Source: Phycisphaerae bacterium
Lineage (GTDB): Bacteria > Planctomycetota > Phycisphaerae > UBA1845
Length of the DNA stretch: 62,694 bases
Reading direction: 5' to 3'
NCBI GenBank assembly: GCA_036477795.1
Contig: JAZGDL010000332.1
Coordinates: forward strand, 1-62,694
Positions 60,038 to 62,694 of this stretch are shown here, one piece after another (the first letter of the stretch is position 1; every line of letters starts with the position of its first letter). Made by a program: the position numbers and the translations under genes. The notes below the pieces were generated by a model that saw only the letters and a program-made list of their open reading frames with translations, was not told the DNA's origin and made no database searches.

Positions 60038-60328
60038 CGAGCTGGTACGAGAATCCCTTCGCGAGCTGGTGCGAGAATCCCTTCTCGCACCTCGTGAAGG
60101 AGGGACCGAGAAGGGATTCTAATAAGGGTCCAGCAGCCGACGGTTTGGAAAACAGGGCCGGTTCGACTAAACTACTATGTGTGGCCAGGTGGCTGAGGGT
60201 GCCACGAGCTGGTGCGAGAATCCATTCGCGAGCTGGTGCGAGAATCCATTCGCGAGCTGGTGCGAGAATCCCTTCTCGCACCTCGTGAAGGAGAGACCGA
60301 GAAGGGATTTTAATAAGGGTCCAGCGGC
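60037..60328. repeat. Composite repeat: 24-bp tandem units plus a duplicated tail of about 75 bp (GAGAATCCCTTCTC family)
   Basis: CGAGCTGGTGCGAGAATCC(C/A)TTC two times then three times; tail CTCGCACCTCGTGAAGGAG.GACCGAGAAGGGATT.TAATAAGGGTCCAGC twice; same core at 39580-39700 and 55428-55495. Confidence 0.85.
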
Positions 60329-60359
60329 AAGCCAGGCGGGTAAAGGGATAAACAGACTT

Positions 60360-62694
60360 ATGCTCTCGCTTTCAAGAATGGGACTATCGTTGTGTGTTGT
60401 GGGCACCATGGTCGTATTGGCGGTGGACGCGACGAATGCGGGCGCCGGGCAGACCGGAGCCTCTCAAGTCGTGCTCGCGGATCCGGCGTTGGTCGAACGC
60501 GTCAATGCCGAGTTCAATCTTGCCGACAGCGTGGTGGCTACGCTGGACTATGACACCACTCCGGGCGTGAGCCAGCGGCTCATGGTTCCAGCCGACCAGG
60601 CGGTGTTCACGTTGGACATCGCCCCTTACTCCGTGCGTTCCTCCGAACATTACCAGGTCAAGTACCAGCGGCCGGACGGCTCGTTTGAGATTGTCCAACC
60701 GGGTCCGTTGCGCACGGTGCGCGGCAGCGTTCCGGGGATTGCCGACTCCATCGTGGCGGGGTCGGTGGGCGAAGACGGCCTGCACCTGATGATCGTCCTG
60801 CCGGACGCCGATCGTTGGTGGGTTGAGCCCATCGCGGGCCGGGTGGGCGGCGCGGGGCCGCACGACCATGTCATCTATCGCGACCGGGACGTGTTGGGCG
60901 GCGGGGGCACCTGCGCGACGGAGGTCCTCCAAAGCCGAGATGCAGCCGGCGGCCAACCGGTCTCCTTGGGCGGCCCATGCAACAGCGACGTTTGCGTTAC
61001 CGAATTGGCGTGCGATTCGGACGTCGAGTATTTCCAGCGCTGGCGCAGTGGGGTCGAGCAACGGATCAATTTCATCACCAACACCATGAACGTTCAGTAC
61101 GAAAGCGAAATCGGCGTAACACACGTGATTACCACCATCATTGTGCGCCCGAGGGAGCCGGACCCCTACACCTCGTTTGAAAACCATCCCTTGCTCCTGG
61201 AGTTTCAAAGCCACTGGGTCACCCAGCAGGGCGACGTGGTCCGTGACGTGGCTGAGTTGTTCACCGGCCGGTCGATCATCGGCTCGGTCATCGGCGAGGC
61301 GTTGACCCTGGGCGCAATCTGTAGCGGGACGCTGGGCTACTGTTTTGTGCAATCGGATTACAATAATTCGAATCAATGCGCGACCGATCTGTCGGCGCAC
61401 GAACTGGGCCATCTGTGGGACGCGGACCACTGCGATTGTCCCGGTAACACGATGAATCCCAGCATCACCTGCAGCAACACGTTTCACGCGGCGGAAACCC
61501 GTCCGGAGATCCGGGTTCACCGGGATTCGCGCCTATGTCTCAGCGACCAGGCACCAGTTACCGTGTTCCCTTTTGAGGATTCGTTTACCGGGGTTTCCCT
61601 TGATCCGGCCAAGTGGATCGCGGGCGGCGCGACGATCTCCAGTCTGGCTCGTGACCCGCCCAGCCCACCGCTTTCGCTGCGAATCAACGAGAACGACCGG
61701 GCGGTGACCGGTTTCATCAACACCTCCAACGTCAATCGTGTCGGCGTGGAGTACTGGTGGCAGCGCACCGGCAGCGCCGGGTCGCCGGAGCCGGGCGAAG
61801 ACCTGGTCTTGGACTATCACGGTGCAGGCGGGAACTGGACCAGGGTCGACCGCCAGTTGGGCGATCCGGGCGGCGGGGGCGATGACGAGCCTTTTGCCCG
61901 GAGTTGTCTGATCCTTCCTGCGGACGCATCTCACCACGGACTGCAGCTTCGCTTCTCGATTAACGGCAGCGACGTCTCCAGTTCGGACAACTTCTTTGTT
62001 GACGACTTCCGGGTGGTCGATGCCAGCGAGTTCTTGAACATCACCAGGCAACCGGAAACGACCTGTGCCTGCCAGGGCGGGACCGTCGAGCTAAGCGTTG
62101 AGGTGGACGGAGAACCGCCGTTTGACTATCGATGGAAGCACGACGGTCAGTTCATGTTCGGCCAGACCGAACCCACCCTGGTGTTCGCCCCGGTGGAGGG
62201 CGGCGACTTCGGCAGTTATTCGGTCGAGGTGCTCAACGGGTGCGGTACCATCGAAAGCGAAAAGGTGGAACTCCGGCAGAGCAACACGCCTTTCATTATC
62301 GTTCCGCCGCAGGGCACGACGGTGGACGTCGGCGGCTCGTTGTTCCTCAACTACTTCGCGGTGGGCGGCGGGTGCAATAGATCGCAATGGCTGTTCAACG
62401 GCGCACCGCTCGCCGGCGAGACCGACCAGTCCTTGATCATTTCGGACGTCCAGTGCAGCCATCAAGGTTGCTACAGCGTGGAGGTCTTCAACGACTGTGG
62501 TTCGGTGACTTCGGCTATTGCAGAAATCATCGTCAACGGTGACTGCGGGCCTTTCAGTTGTGTCGATGCGGAGGCCCCGGTGATCCTGCACGGTGAGGGG
62601 CTGGCGGGTCAGACCAGGCCCTTCAGCGGGTACATCGACCCGCGGCGGGAAAGCGATAACGGCGTTGATCTCAATCAGGGCATCACCGAGGTGA
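60360..62694 (+). CDS. Secreted M12/reprolysin-like zinc metalloprotease with Ig-like domains (runs off the window end; absent from the ORF track)
   Basis: Manual translation from ATG 60360: signal peptide, pro-domain, in-frame HELGHLWDADH (61398) + NTMNP Met-turn; later YRWKHDG..GSYSVEVLNGCG Ig-like repeats. Confidence 0.85.
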   Translation, partial: MLSLSRMGLSLCVVGTMVVLAVDATNAGAGQTGASQVVLADPALVERVNAEFNLADSVVATLDYDTTPGVSQRLMVPADQAVFTLDIAPYSVRSSEHYQVKYQRPDGSFEIVQPGPLRTVRGSVPGIADSIVAGSVGEDGLHLMIVLPDADRWWVEPIAGRVGGAGPHDHVIYRDRDVLGGGGTCATEVLQSRDAAGGQPVSLGGPCNSDVCVTELACDSDVEYFQRWRSGVEQRINFITNTMNVQYESEIGVTHVITTIIVRPREPDPYTSFENHPLLLEFQSHWVTQQGDVVRDVAELFTGRSIIGSVIGEALTLGAICSGTLGYCFVQSDYNNSNQCATDLSAHELGHLWDADHCDCPGNTMNPSITCSNTFHAAETRPEIRVHRDSRLCLSDQAPVTVFPFEDSFTGVSLDPAKWIAGGATISSLARDPPSPPLSLRINENDRAVTGFINTSNVNRVGVEYWWQRTGSAGSPEPGEDLVLDYHGAGGNWTRVDRQLGDPGGGGDDEPFARSCLILPADASHHGLQLRFSINGSDVSSSDNFFVDDFRVVDASEFLNITRQPETTCACQGGTVELSVEVDGEPPFDYRWKHDGQFMFGQTEPTLVFAPVEGGDFGSYSVEVLNGCGTIESEKVELRQSNTPFIIVPPQGTTVDVGGSLFLNYFAVGGGCNRSQWLFNGAPLAGETDQSLIISDVQCSHQGCYSVEVFNDCGSVTSAIAEIIVNGDCGPFSCVDAEAPVILHGEGLAGQTRPFSGYIDPRRESDNGVDLNQGITEV

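Noticed and set aside
60037-60328. Possible CRISPR array
   Set aside because: The units are tandem with no unique spacers, no cas genes are visible, and the same core is dispersed elsewhere as a REP-like hairpin
1-62694. rRNA, tRNA, prophage or integrase genes
   Set aside because: None recognised by eye; a covariance-model scan would be needed to exclude small RNAs

Overview
GC-rich bacterial window. The gene content (Cys-rich secreted proteins, planctomycete-type cytochromes, dense REP-like repeats) suggests Planctomycetota/Phycisphaerae; this is inference. From left to right: the clpC 3' end; about 10 kb of small accessory genes separated by palindromic repeats; a GH26 hydrolase; a secreted Cys-rich endonuclease; an amino-sugar operon with a phosphotransferase; an internally deleted IS5. 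The centre is a respiratory island of about 32 kb (21.9-53.7 kb). A divergent arm (cupredoxin-like, Rrf2, porin, PstS-like) faces a long co-oriented run. In that run an AioA/IdrA-family molybdoenzyme, its Tat-exported Rieske subunit and a fused double cytochrome c peroxidase (an iodate reductase IdrABP-like set) sit between two paralogous sets of membrane electron-transfer genes. These comprise CydA-like subunits without CydB, diheme c + heme b (EbdC/NxrC-like) proteins, mono/diheme cytochromes and cupredoxin-like proteins, followed by Usp-PCP_red and radical SAM-PCP_red genes. A second striking signal is that several families of short palindromic repeats are inserted in-frame inside many of these coding sequences. 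The window ends with a sigma54 two-component system, a Cys-rich lipoprotein, an ECF sigma/anti-sigma remnant, lysA and a truncated M12 metalloprotease. All calls come from reading motifs by eye; no searches were run.
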